A DNA stretch of 63,921 nt, the filler included, from Octopus bimaculoides (lineage: Eukaryota): NCBI RefSeq assembly GCF_001194135.2. It is 6 parts of 5 records of this genome, joined end to end, with 100 filler letters (N's around TTAATTAATTAA, not from the genome) between each part and the next. Parts side by side here need not be neighbours in the genome. Positions count along the whole stretch, not along the records: positions 50,173 to 57,666 come from NC_068986.1; positions 57,767 to 63,921 come from NC_068982.1; 4 more parts are not named here. One strand, written 5' to 3'. Shown here piece by piece: positions 51,930-63,345 of the stretch; within the stretch, counting starts at the first letter, position 1, and every line of letters begins with the position of its first letter. The notes under the pieces are model-generated. The model saw nothing but the letters and a program-made list of their open reading frames with translations. It had not been told where the DNA came from and did not search any database. A program made the translations under genes and the position numbers.

Positions 51930-52150
51930 TGCAGGCTGGAAGAGACGTTGTGGCAGGCCCACATCAGATGGTTGAACGTATTTGAGAAAGATCTCCAGAG
52001 GCTCAACGTTAACTTGGAGGAATGCAGAGGGGCTGACACGAGACTGTCAGTGATGGAGAACACTGATGGACCTGGTCAGCTCTACGCATAAGGACATCTC
52101 TGGGACCACTAACTTGGAATGACCCCAGCCCCATTAAGCAAGAGCATGGA
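51930..52150 (+). mobile_element. RTE-clade LINE 3' terminal fragment
   Basis: AGWKRRCGRP / RWLNVFEKDLQRLNVNLEECRGLTRDCQ*WRTLMDLV, the typical RTE C-terminal GRP..W...DL...DR..WR pattern. Confidence 0.6.
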
Positions 52151-52384
52151 GCTAAAAAGTCAAAGCCTTCTACGAGGATTATGGGAAAACAAAAGTCGCA
52201 AAAAAAGGAATCACAATTTTGATTTGAAAAAATGTCACGGAAGGAAATGATATATTTCAAACCATAAACATAAGTTAAGTAATTAATCAAGTAAGTTACT
52301 TATTAACTGATAACATTGTGTAACACGAGTTTTTTCCTTAGGTAGCAACTATTATTTGAACTGAGAAATGTGATAACAGACGAA

Positions 52385-52622
52385 ATACCTATTTCTTTAC
52401 TGCCCACAAGGGGCTACACACAGAGGGGACAAACAAGGACAGACAAACGGATTAAGTCGATTATATCGACCCCAGTGCGTAACTGGTACTTAATTTATCG
52501 ACCCCGAAAGGATGAAAGGCAAAGTCGACCTCGGCGGAATTTGAACTCAGAACGCAGTGGCAGACGAAATACCGCTAAGCATTTTGTCTGGCGCAGTAAA
52601 GATTCTGTCAGCTCGCCGCCTT
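52385..52622 (-). mobile_element. SINE family A copy with an alternative tail (GTCCCCTCTGTGTGTAGCCCCTTGTGGGCAGTAAAGAAATAG)
   Basis: Well-preserved head and centre; tail differs from the other family A copies. Confidence 0.85.
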
Positions 52623-52654
52623 CCGCTGGCGAAATAATGTAAAAAGCAACAACA

Positions 52655-52790
52655 CTACATTATTTACATTATTTATATTTGACAGATATTTGTATTCATC
52701 TTGTTTGTTGTTAACACAACGTTTCGGCTAATATACCCTCCAGCCTTCATCAGGTGTCTTGGAGAAATTTCGAACCTGGGTCCTCATTCC
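52655..52790 (-). repeat. Inverted Penelope terminal repeat (pLTR-like), left copy
   Basis: Reverse complement GGAATGAGGACCCAGGTTCGAAATTTCTCCAAGACACCTGATGA matches the downstream copy at 54589 (GGAATGAGAACTCAGGTTCAAAATTTCCCCAAGACACCTGATGA). Confidence 0.8.
52713..52758 (-). ncRNA. Minimal type-I hammerhead ribozyme motif
   Basis: Minus strand: GACAC-CUGAUGA-A-GGCUG(gagggtatat)UAGCC-GAAAC-GUU-GUGUU. Stem I GACAC/GUGUU, 5-bp stem II, palindromic AACGUU stem III, NUH = GUU. Confidence 0.75.
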
Positions 52791-54475
52791 CAAACCAAAC
52801 ATCACTGAGGAAGAAAAGTTTGCTATCAAAAGACTACAGAGTGACAATTCCATCATAGTACTTCCAGCGGACAAGGGAAATACTACAGTGGTGATGAATA
52901 AGTCCGACTACTCTGAAAAATTGGCAAGTCTTATAAGTGATGGTAGTTAGAGCAAAGAAAAGAAAGATCCAACTCTGAAAACAGAGAGGAAGTTGTCACA
53001 GATCTTGATCAAGAACAAAGATCACTTTACACCAATGAAGTACAGACAACTGACTCAACACTACAGTAAACTACCACACATGTACGATCTCCCTAAGATT
53101 CACAAGAACGGTATTTCATTTAGACCTATAGTGAGCTGTAGAGATTCAGCATGTTATCCACTGAGCAGCTTCCTTGTGGATATAATCAGTCCATTAGCAG
53201 GAAAGTCAACATCGTTCGTGAAGAATTCCACCCACTTCACAGAATTGATCAAGGACAACCCCACTGAATCCAACCAGATGATGAGTCTAGAAGTGATGAG
53301 TCTGTTCACTAAAGCTCCAACTGGTGAAGCACTATAGGTGATTCAAGATAAACTAGTGACAGACACCCATCTAAAAGAACGCACTAGTATACCAATAAGA
53401 AACTTGATGGAAATGTTGACCTTCTGTATGTTGACCTACTTCAGTATGGACACTGACATATATCGACAAGTAAAGGGTTTAGCTATTGATTCGCCATTAT
53501 CACCGATAATAGCCAATATATACATGGAATATTTTGAGAATTTGGCTTTAGGATCAACACCACTAAAACCAACCCTATGGCTTTGATACATTGATGACAC
53601 CTTTGTACTCTGGCCCCATCAGGAAGATGTCCAAGTGCTGTTAGATCATGTGAACTCAATAAACCCTTCCATACAGTTCACAATGGAAAAGGGAAAAGAC
53701 AATCAGCTAGCGTTCCTAGATGTATTTATTAATAATACGCACCAAGTACGGATTCAGAACATCTGTATACCGCAAGCCGACTTTCACTGGACGATACCTC
53801 AACTTCAATTCCCATCATCCACACAGTGTAAAGAAAGAGATTGCTCAGTGCCTAAAACATTGTGCAATAAATATAAGTAGCGATTGTGATACACACCACG
53901 AAGAAATGATTAAGCTCAATAACAATCTATTAAGCAACAACTACCCACAGAACATACTATCCGCTCCAATTATGAAGAAAAGAGAGGAGAAACCAATAAA
54001 TTGTCCACAGTCTGTCTACCCTATGTGAAACGCCTTTCCGAAAAGCTATGAAAGATATGCGGGCCATATGACATTAGGACAGTATTCAAGAGTAATAAAA
54101 CACTTCGCAAACATCTCCTTCGAGTAAAATCACCAATATGACCAAAGACTGCGTGTACTCCATCGCGTGAAGTTCTGATAGGCTATACAAAGGCGAAACA
54201 TGCCGCGTCCTCAGAATAAGGGTAGACGAACACCGCAAAGCTGTGACACGAGGAGATATTGATAAATCGGGTATAGCTGATCATGTATGAAAAAATGGAG
54301 ACCACCTCTTCCTGTGGGATGAAGTTAAAATAAGACAGAAAACACCACTGAAAAATACGAAAACTAAAAGAAACAGCACATATGCTAGGACACAACAGTT
54401 TTCTAAGCGGACCGAGTGCATATAGGAGTAGCATATGGGAACCAGTATTAAGGAAGGGTGGGAAAATATTAGATT
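52791..54475 (+). mobile_element. Penelope-like retroelement, decayed RT + GIY-YIG endonuclease
   Basis: PADKGNTTVV, LPKIHK..FRPIVS, GLAIDSPLSPIIANIYME, WL*YIDDTF (53587-53598), FLDV, VYRKPTFTGRYLNFNSHHP, then VYSI...YKGET (54154-54200). In-frame stops at 52948, 53335, 53584 and frameshifts show it is non-functional. Confidence 0.92.
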
Positions 54476-54574
54476 TATAAGCCCTAAAATTCACTCCACA
54501 ATTGCCCGCTAGCATATGGCGTACTAACCGCAAGATTCCGAGTTTGATTCCAATAATAATAATAATAATAACAA

Positions 54575-54695
54575 CGAAAAATACCTTAGGAATGAGAACT
54601 CAGGTTCAAAATTTCCCCAAGACACCTGATGATGACAAATATACGTCAAATGTAAATAATGTACATAATTCTTCATCTCTTAAATATAGAACTGA
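54575..54695 (+). repeat. Penelope terminal repeat, right (sense) copy with internal deletion
   Basis: Matches the left copy in inverted orientation but lacks the segment between two GATGA motifs. Confidence 0.75.
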
Positions 54696-55789
54696 ACAAC
54701 ACTCACTGTGTCTAGAGGAAGGGGCTGAGCCCATAGACTTTATAGGCCCCCTTTCAAGGCTTGTGAAACTGATACCGTGAAAGCAGCAGGAGGAAAACCT
54801 CTTCGTAGCAACTTGGCTTACTAGAAATTGTAGGTAAATAATGCTTGGTCCTCATCTCTCGATGACGTTGTATAGGTACCGACGGTGCGTCCTGAGCATT
54901 TTAAGCCTGTCGAGGTCTGAACAGATTTCTACTAGAGAGAAAGACATTTGGTGCTAGTATTGGACTAGGATTTTAATTATCGAATTCGAAGGAATGAAAG
55001 ACAGAGTTGACCTCCGAGAACCGGAATGAATATCATTTGGCCATACTATCAAAGGTTCTCTAACGACTCTGTCACCTCCTATTGTGCAGTCTTCAAAAAT
55101 AAAAGTATTGGATAGTAAAGCACTAGATAATTGTATTGCTGTGTAAGCGCAAGTGTAACGCTGGTCTTTTGTAAGCGTTTTACACAGTGGCAAATATTAT
55201 TTGAAAATCTCAAATAGACGTTCAGTGAGAGACTAAGGGCTGACCTACTCTTCTACATCATACGTTTTAACAACACCATTCTTTATTGTTATCTTTAAGA
55301 AAGAGTGTTTTTATGTGAATAAGTTGTGAATATAAAGGCTAAACCGATAGGAATATTTTTATAGGAATCAGTTGTGAATATAAAGGTTAAACCTGGTTCT
55401 CTGTAAATATGTTTTACATGTTAGCATGTATTATTTGGAAATTTTATCATATAAGAGTTCAGTGACAGAACAGGAACTGACCTATTATTCTACATTATAC
55501 GTTTTAAAGGCATTTTATCACATTTGTTACTGTCTAACACTCCTTTATACTGTCTAACACTCCTTTACCTTGATTAAATGTTTCACAAAAATACGATAAT
55601 AGAAAAACCCCGAACAAACGTACATTTGCCTACTTGTAACAATGAACACAGTGAGATACATCAGCACACTGTTGTCTCCACAACTAGCGATATAGTCACC
55701 ATTCTATTCTGTGGTCTTACTGACATTAAATGTGACAACAATTATACAGACACCCAGCATGATGACACGCCTACTTTGACAAGCCAAGA

Positions 55790-56090
55790 AGGAAGCCTCT
55801 AAAGCGGCCTCTTGGTCAGCAAGAAATAACAACTAAATTTCCCTCAAACCAATTAATGCCATAAAAAGAAATTGGCTGGATAATGTGGCTTTGAGTTTGT
55901 TGTAGATAGGAAAAGAGGGAGACGTAATGATTGGGAATGGAATAACTTTGATCGTCGTCTTGCTCGGTTAGGGTTGACCTGAGGTTAAACAACAACAGCA
56001 ACAACAACAACAGTAGCAGCAACGCCAACAACAGCAACAACAACAACAACAACAGTAGCAGCAGCAGTAACAACAACAACACCAACACAT
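55790..56090 (+). mobile_element. Interspersed repeat family F with (CAA)n tail; copies at ~14990-15200(-), 22300-22530(+), 32225-32410(-)
   Basis: Shared AAATTTCCCTCAAA...GGATAATGT...GGGTTGACC.G.GG.TAAACAACAAC motifs. Confidence 0.55.
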
Positions 56091-57495
56091 TAGTCTGCTC
56101 AGTCAGGAGCTGACCTGACTGAGCAGACTGGAAAACAGAAAATACAATATATGAGTATGTTAACTGGTGAAAATAAAAAAATATTTAACATGTTTTGATG
56201 TTAGATCTCCTCGACGACTTGCTCAGCTAGAAATAACAGTTCAAAGAGTCCTTCGAATCACACTGTACTGTCTCATCACCCAAGCTGTGCCCCCAGATAC
56301 AGTCCTTTCTCATCCCCACCTCAATGTCTTCCCACTAGAATTGCTCATCTGTTTATATATTTTCTTCAGGTGTCGGTTTGCAGCTGTTGAACTTTCACGG
56401 TATCAGTTTCACAAGCCCTGGAAGGGAGCCTATAACGGCTATGAGATCAGCCCCTTCCTCCAGACACAGCAAGTTATAAAATAAACAAAAAGTATGTAAA
56501 TATGTAAAGTAGTTAAAAAGCAAAGGTGGATCTCTGTTGGTTTCGACAATGAGGATTCAGTTGTTCGATGACGTGAATAACCTGCTCCTGAATGAACGTA
56601 TAAGCAGGCGAGTATTTCACAATTTAAATAAACAAAATGATCTCCGATCATCTACGAGGCAGAAACAATTTTAATAAATCAATAATTTATGCTGTATAGT
56701 ATTTATTATACGCATGTATGTCTATGTTATTCAAATACATGCCACCGGCCACTTTGCGTAATTTCTCTTAGCTCGGTTTTGTTTAAATTATGCAAATTAC
56801 CTTGCCCATAACTGTTTTCTACACCGCCTTATATAAGTCTAAGTCCTTTCACTCCAAGAGACTAAGTCAGATAATTGTCGTACTGACTGAGTCAGAAATA
56901 TGAATCTTCGGCTGTCTACTTATCTCCAAACAGTAAGTTTCTTTACTTTTATTGCATGTCGGCTTTGGAGAATTCTTGATTCATCGAGATTATCTCAGTC
57001 TTCTCAAGTGGAGCTTCTGTGCAGTTTTCATCCAGTTTCACTCACAACGCGTTGAGTCGAAGCTATGGTGAAAAACACTTATTCAAGATACCATGCACTG
57101 GGGTTGAACCCCTGATTTCTCTATTGCAAAGCGATTTTCTTAAACATTCGATCATGGCGCATCCATAAATAAACAAAAATGTAAAACCACATTTGACAAT
57201 AAAATCCAAGAGATCCAAAATGATAGGAGTGGTCATATATCTATTCGGCTAGGGATAAACAGTAGCTAGTCTCTGCTGTCACTACAACTGAATCAGTTAC
57301 CATGACAACACATCTACCCCTCTACTGACACTACAATCAATAAAACTACCATCATCATCACGAACAACAATAACAATAGCACCAACATCGCCATCATCTT
57401 CAAAGCAACCACCACTACTTGCCTCTGCCAAACTACAATTTAGTAGCCTCCAGTACTACGATACGTGGTGCCGGTACTGCTGCTGCGACAACAGC

Positions 57496-57529
<34 letters not shown>

Positions 57530-57530
57530 G

Positions 57531-57591
<61 letters not shown>

Positions 57592-58662
57592 ATATTGAGG
57601 CCCACGTTAATCTTGAACAAACTGACAATATGATTAATGGCTTGCCTACTTTGATTATCGCGTTTCNNNNNNNNNNNNNNNNNNNNNNNNNNNNNNNNNN
57701 NNNNNNNNNNTTAATTAATTAANNNNNNNNNNNNNNNNNNNNNNNNNNNNNNNNNNNNNNNNNNNNTCTTTCAGTTTCCATCTACCAAATCCACTCACAA
57801 GGCTTTGGTCGGCCCGAGGCTAAAGTACAAGACACTTACCTAAGGTGTCACGCAGTGGGACTGAACCCGGAACCATATGGTTGGGAAGCAAGCTTCTTAC
57901 CACACAGCCAATGCTTTATATTATCTTTTGCTTGTTTCAATCCTTAGGTTGCGGACATGTTGGGCACGTCCTGAAGAATTTTAGTCGAACGAATCGATCC
58001 GAGTACTTATTTTTTAGAGCCTACTACTTATTATTTCCGACACTTTTACCGAACAGCTAATTTTACGAGGACGTAAGCACACCAACATCGGTTGTCAAGC
58101 TGTAAGGCGGAGAAAAACACTGTCACAAAGACACACGCACACAAACATTTTAGTTTCCATCCACCAAATCCGCTGACAAGGTTTTAGCCCGGCCGAGGCT
58201 ATAGCAGAAGACACTATCCTAAAGTACAACGCAGTGGGACTGAACGCGGAACCATGTGGTTCATAAGCAAACTTCTTACCACACGGACACGAACGTGCCT
58301 CTGTGTGTGTGTGCATGTGTGTGTGTGTGCGACTGCGCATGCGAGTGTGTATGTATGTGTACGTGTATTTGTTTGGTGCGCGCGCATATTTAAAGCAAAA
58401 TTTCAAGTTCATTCGTACTAATTCGGCTGATACATCCACGAACGGAACAGTGAAATTTTCATACACTGCTTATATCACGAACAAAGGAAGCCAGAGAGTT
58501 ATATTTTCCTTTTGCAAAATTTCTATTTCGGAACGTAAAGAATAGCCTTTTGTTTCAATGGTTTTGTTTACATCTCAGGAAACAAAGAATGAAAAGGTTA
58601 TTATTTTTTTACAAATAATATATATATAGAAATGTAGTGCGTATATTACATTCATATACACT

Positions 58663-58712
<50 letters not shown>

Positions 58713-59458
58713 TACACACACACACAAACACAAACACACACANNNNNNNNNNNNNNNNNNNNNNNNNNNNNNNNNNNNNNNNNNNNNNNNNNNNNNNNNN
58801 NNNNNNNNNNNNNNNNNNNNNNNNNNNNNNNNNNNNNNNNNNNNNNNNNNNNNNNNNNNNNNNNNNNNNNNNNNNNNNNNNNNNNNNNNNNNNNNNNNNN
58901 NNNNNNNNNNNNNNNNNNNNNNNNNNNNNNNNNNNNNNNNNNNNNNNNNNNNNNNNNNNNNNNNNNNNNNNNNNNNNNNNNNNNNNNNNNNNNNNNNNNN
59001 NNNNNNNNNNNNNNNNNNNNNNNNNNNNNNNNNNNNNNNNNNNNNNNNNNNNNNNNNNNNNNNNNNNNNNNNNNNNNNNNNNNNNNNNNNNNNNNNNNNN
59101 NNNNNNNNNNNNNNNNNNNNNNNNNNNNNNNNNNNNNNNNNNNNNNNNNNNNNNNNNNNNNNNNNNNNNNNNNNNNNNNNNNNNNNNNNNNNNNNNNNNN
59201 NNNNNNNNNNNNNNNNNNNNNNNNNNNNNNNNNNNNNNNNNNNNNNNNNNNNNNNNNNNNNNNNNNNNNNNNNNNNNNNNNNNNNNNNNNNNNNNNNNNN
59301 NNNNNNNNNNNNNNNNNNNNNNNNNNNNNNNNNNNNNNNNNNNNNNNNNNNNNNNNNNNNNNNNNNNNNNNNNNNNNNNNNNNNNNNNNNNNNNNNNNNN
59401 NNNNNNNNNNNNNNNNNNNNNNNNNNNNNNNNNNNNNNNTATATATATATATATATGC

Positions 59459-59493
<35 letters not shown>

Positions 59494-59601
59494 TGTATGT
59501 ATATATATATTGTTAGAAAAGACAACAAAAGAAAGAAAGAGACTTCGATATTATGTATATTGAGGAATTTATCTGTAAAAATATGTGACAATTATTCGGT
59601 A

Positions 59602-59671
59602 GCCATGATAAATCTCCGAGTTTCGGATGCCGGGGCGGAAACCCACGCCGCCATCTCTTCAGTTATCTGGC
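59602..59671 (-). ncRNA. Hammerhead-like three-way junction, probably inactivated
   Basis: Minus strand GCCAGAUAA-CUGAAGA-GAUG...CAUCC-GAAA-CUCGGAG-AU-UUAUCAUGGC; stem I 9 bp with one bulge, extended GC-rich stem II, 3-bp stem III; position 16.1 is A instead of U. Confidence 0.5.
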
Positions 59672-60045
59672 CATTGAAAAATGCTATGAAAATGACCTTT
59701 AAACAAAACAAAGGGAAATTACTGTGTGGTTGACCGTTATTAAGACAAAAGAGCCGTTATACACGAATATCTATTAAGAAATCTAAAATAATCCGATGTA
59801 TAGTTTGTAATACCTATGTTGCGAAAATTAAAAGCAAATTATGAAAGCGCTTCTTTTACACAGGGACAATAGAGGTAGTTCCTCTGTTTCAGGGATTCTT
59901 GGCAAGTCTTCATAGGACAAGCAATTGCTATTTAAATCAACGACAAACTACTTGTATTGGCATTCTTTTGAGTACATTACTCAAGTTCTCATAACACTTC
60001 TACATCTCGCTTTCATTCTCTGTACTCCCGTTGCTTGAATTTTAT

Positions 60046-60089
<44 letters not shown>

Positions 60090-60096
60090 ATATGAG

Positions 60097-60163
<67 letters not shown>

Positions 60164-60296
60164 GAGGAGTAAGTAAATAGATAGATAGCTGTAATAGAAG
60201 TATACACACAAATTCAACTGCTGATCCAATTTAATATTTCAACCACCACCTCTATACATGTGTTTGAATTTATCTTTCACTCACTCTCCCTCCCAC

Positions 60297-60377
<81 letters not shown>

Positions 60378-61379
60378 CCTATATATAGCTGTGTGTATAC
60401 GTGTGCGTTCGTGTGTGTGGGTGTTTGTGTGTGTCTATGTACGCATGCATCTGTATATATATATATATATGTGTGTGCATGTGAGTTTTCAAAGTTAGTG
60501 ATGGGAGCAAGCATGTTCATACATACTCATATATGAGAAAAGGTGAGACCTAACCCTCTCTCCCTACGTCCAATCAAATAAAGGTGTTACAGGTACTTCA
60601 ACGATGTCCGTATGCAAATAAACCACTGAAATAATGTTTACAAAAACCTAAACGAATGCCAGATCGGGTGACAATTCTCTCTCTCCCGTCTTCTCGCCCT
60701 TTCTCCTTCTTTTTTCTCTTTTTCTCACCTTCTCAGACTTCAAATAAATTCTCTCCTTTCTCTTTCTCGCTCTTTCTTTTCTGTAATCTTTTTACTTGTA
60801 ATCTCTCTCATTTCCTTCCTATATCTCTCTAACTCTCACTCGCTTCTCTCTTTTCTTTCCATTCTCATTTCCTCTCTGCTGTTATTTATTTAAATCTATT
60901 CATCTATTTCTGTTCCTTTTTGTTTTGTATTTATTCTGTGTCATTCACCTCTTTTCTCTTCTACTTATCCTTTACTGTTCTTCTTTACATATATATACTC
61001 ACGACATTCTTTTCCCCCCTACCGCTATGCTTTTTTCACACTTTCTCAACTTTCCCCCTCCTTCCCTCTCTTTAATGAATTCTCTACAATACTCCTCAAA
61101 CTGTTCTAATTTGCTTTTCTCTTTGTGCGTTTCACTTCATTTTTTTCAATCTTTCAATTTTTCCAACTGTTATTCTAGATTCCTTCTGTATTTTTATTAT
61201 TTCTTTAACGTTTTATCTTCACAAATTTTTCTCATTTTACTACTACATTTTATTACTTTTTGCTTTATCTGCTTTCAGTTTTTGGCATGTGGCCTTGTTG
61301 AAACACCAGCCACAATCCAAGGTTTTAAGTTGAAGACATCAACCTTAGTACTTATTTGAGTCTGGTACCTATTTCATCT

Positions 61380-61433
<54 letters not shown>

Positions 61434-61452
61434 GCACACACACACACACACA

Positions 61453-61498
<46 letters not shown>

Positions 61499-61724
61499 TA
61501 CATACATATATACAAACGCACAAACATGCCCATTCTCATACATGCACATATATTTCCATATCCGTTTGTATGTCTGTATTTTGTTTACTGCTGTACCCAG
61601 TTTGTTACAGTTGCTTTCCTTTATAAGAGTAGCTTTACTTTGTGATGGGACACTCAAAGTACCCACTATAGAAAAAAACGGTAGTTTAATTATATATATG
61701 TGTGTGTGTGTGTGTGTATACACA

Positions 61725-62594
61725 TACGAGGGGGTACTCAAAAGAAACCGGAATTTTGCAATGGTATTTTATTTACTTTGTTTTACATGTTTACACTTTT
61801 ATTGCCTTCAAAGTGTTCTCCATTTGAAGCAATGAATTAATCCAGATGCGTTTTCCACTGTTCGAAGCAGTCCTAGTACTCTTGCGAAGTGATGTTTTTT
61901 AATGCCTCCATGTTTTTTTTTGTTTTTGTTTTTTTCACATCTTCAACATCTGCATATTCCGTAGCACCAGCATTGTTCACCAGTGATGACCTTCGAAATA
62001 AAGGTTCAAATCAACTTCCAACTGTTCTTTCAGTTCACGACACAAATTCAGTCGTGACTGCTTTTGATCTTTCGGGAGCAAGCGAGGCACAAATTTTGCT
62101 GCAGCTCTTTTTATTCGCAATTCCTCGTTAAAAATTCGTTGGCAGAAGCTCCAGGACACACAAATCATATCAAGTTCGTCAATTGTTCGGCGACGGTTCT
62201 CTAAGATCAGTTCAGTTCATGAATTTTCATGACGTCTTCATTCGTTCGGGAGGTCGGCGGTCACCCTAAAGCGGGGAAACCACTCGTAAGCTTGTGTTTT
62301 ACTCATGGCAGCGTCCTTGTAAGCTGTTTGAAGCATGACGATTGTTTTCTCCATGACAACTGTTTTCCCCAGTAGAAAACAGAATATCACGGAAGCACAC
62401 GGTTCATTCGTTTCAACCATCGCAAAAATCGACGCATCATGCAAAACATCGACGCATCACGCAAAACAAAGACAGTAGTACAATCGACGCCGCCGGTCGG
62501 CAGATTGATGCCTGAGGGTTGCATGAAGTGGCTTCTTGCGGCAGAAGCCCGAAATGCAACCGGCTTGTCCCACAGGGAACGTCTCTCCCTCGTA
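61725..62594 (-). mobile_element. Internally deleted mariner transposon
   Basis: TA-CGAGGG left end (61725) and CCCTCG-TA right end (62594). Minus strand IFCFLLGKT...MLQTAYKDAAMSKTQAYEWF, AAKFVPRLLPKDQK, KVITG, then a jump to ADVEDVKK..ALKNITSQEY*DCFEQWK...ASNGEHFEG; most of the DDD domain is missing. Confidence 0.85.
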
Positions 62595-62700
62595 TATATA
62601 TATATATATATAAGTTCAAAAAAACACAAAAAAACAATAACAAAAAAAACAACAAAGTGAGGACGTGATACGGACGCTCGGGAAAGGAAGGAGAGAGAGT

Positions 62701-62733
62701 ATGACGTTTCGGGCGGAGCCCTTCGTCGGAAAG
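62701..62733 (-). ncRNA. Degenerate minimal hammerhead motif (Penelope-type)
   Basis: Minus strand CCGACGA-A-GGGC(UCC)GCCC-GAAAC-GUC; U4 of the core replaced by C, stem I weak. Confidence 0.55.
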
Positions 62734-62924
62734 ACAGAAAGTTCGGAGAATATATTGTATAAGGAAATCATCTAATACGTACGTTTCGGGTTTGCACAAT
62801 ATATAACAGGAAATGCATTCATTACGTAAACTTTCCAGTGATACCCTAACAACGATTTCGAGTTGTTTGTAATAGAGTAATATAGACTCGAGTCTAAAAG
62901 TCTGGTACCGTGCTAATACGATAT

Positions 62925-63077
62925 ATAGGCATGACTGTGTGGTTAGAAGCTTGCTTTCCAACCATATGGTTCTGGGTTCAGTCCCACTGCGTGGCACCTT
63001 GGGCGGGTTTCTTCTACTATTGTCTCGGGTCGATCAAAGTGTTGTGAGTGAATTTGGTAGATGGGAAATGAAAGAAG

Positions 63078-63134
<57 letters not shown>

Positions 63135-63345
63135 ATGTGTGTATCTTTGTGTCTGTGTATGTCCCCACCTATCACCGCTTGACAACCGAAGTTGGTGTGT
63201 CTACATACCCGTAGCATAGCGGTTCGGCAAAAGAAGCCGATGGAATACGTACTAGGCTCCAAAAATAGTCCTGTGGTCGATTTGTTCGGCTAAAACCTTT
63301 CATGATTTTAGCAGCCCCAGCATGGCTGCAGTCATATGACTGAAC
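62925..63345 (+). mobile_element. Composite SINE: tRNA/CORE-like head (family B) + (TA)n linker + family D tail
   Basis: GGCTGTGTGGTTAGAAGC...GGGTTCAGTCCCACTGCGTGGCACCTTGGGC head, microsatellite, then ACAACCGAAG..GGTGTGT.TAC.T.CCCGTA.C.TAGCGGTTCGGCAAAAG; same order on the minus strand at 58290-57915 and 4240-3510. Confidence 0.75.

Noticed and set aside
60540-60660. CCAAT and octamer (ATGCAAAT) motifs as a promoter
   Set aside because: Short motifs expected by chance, with no linked transcript start visible.
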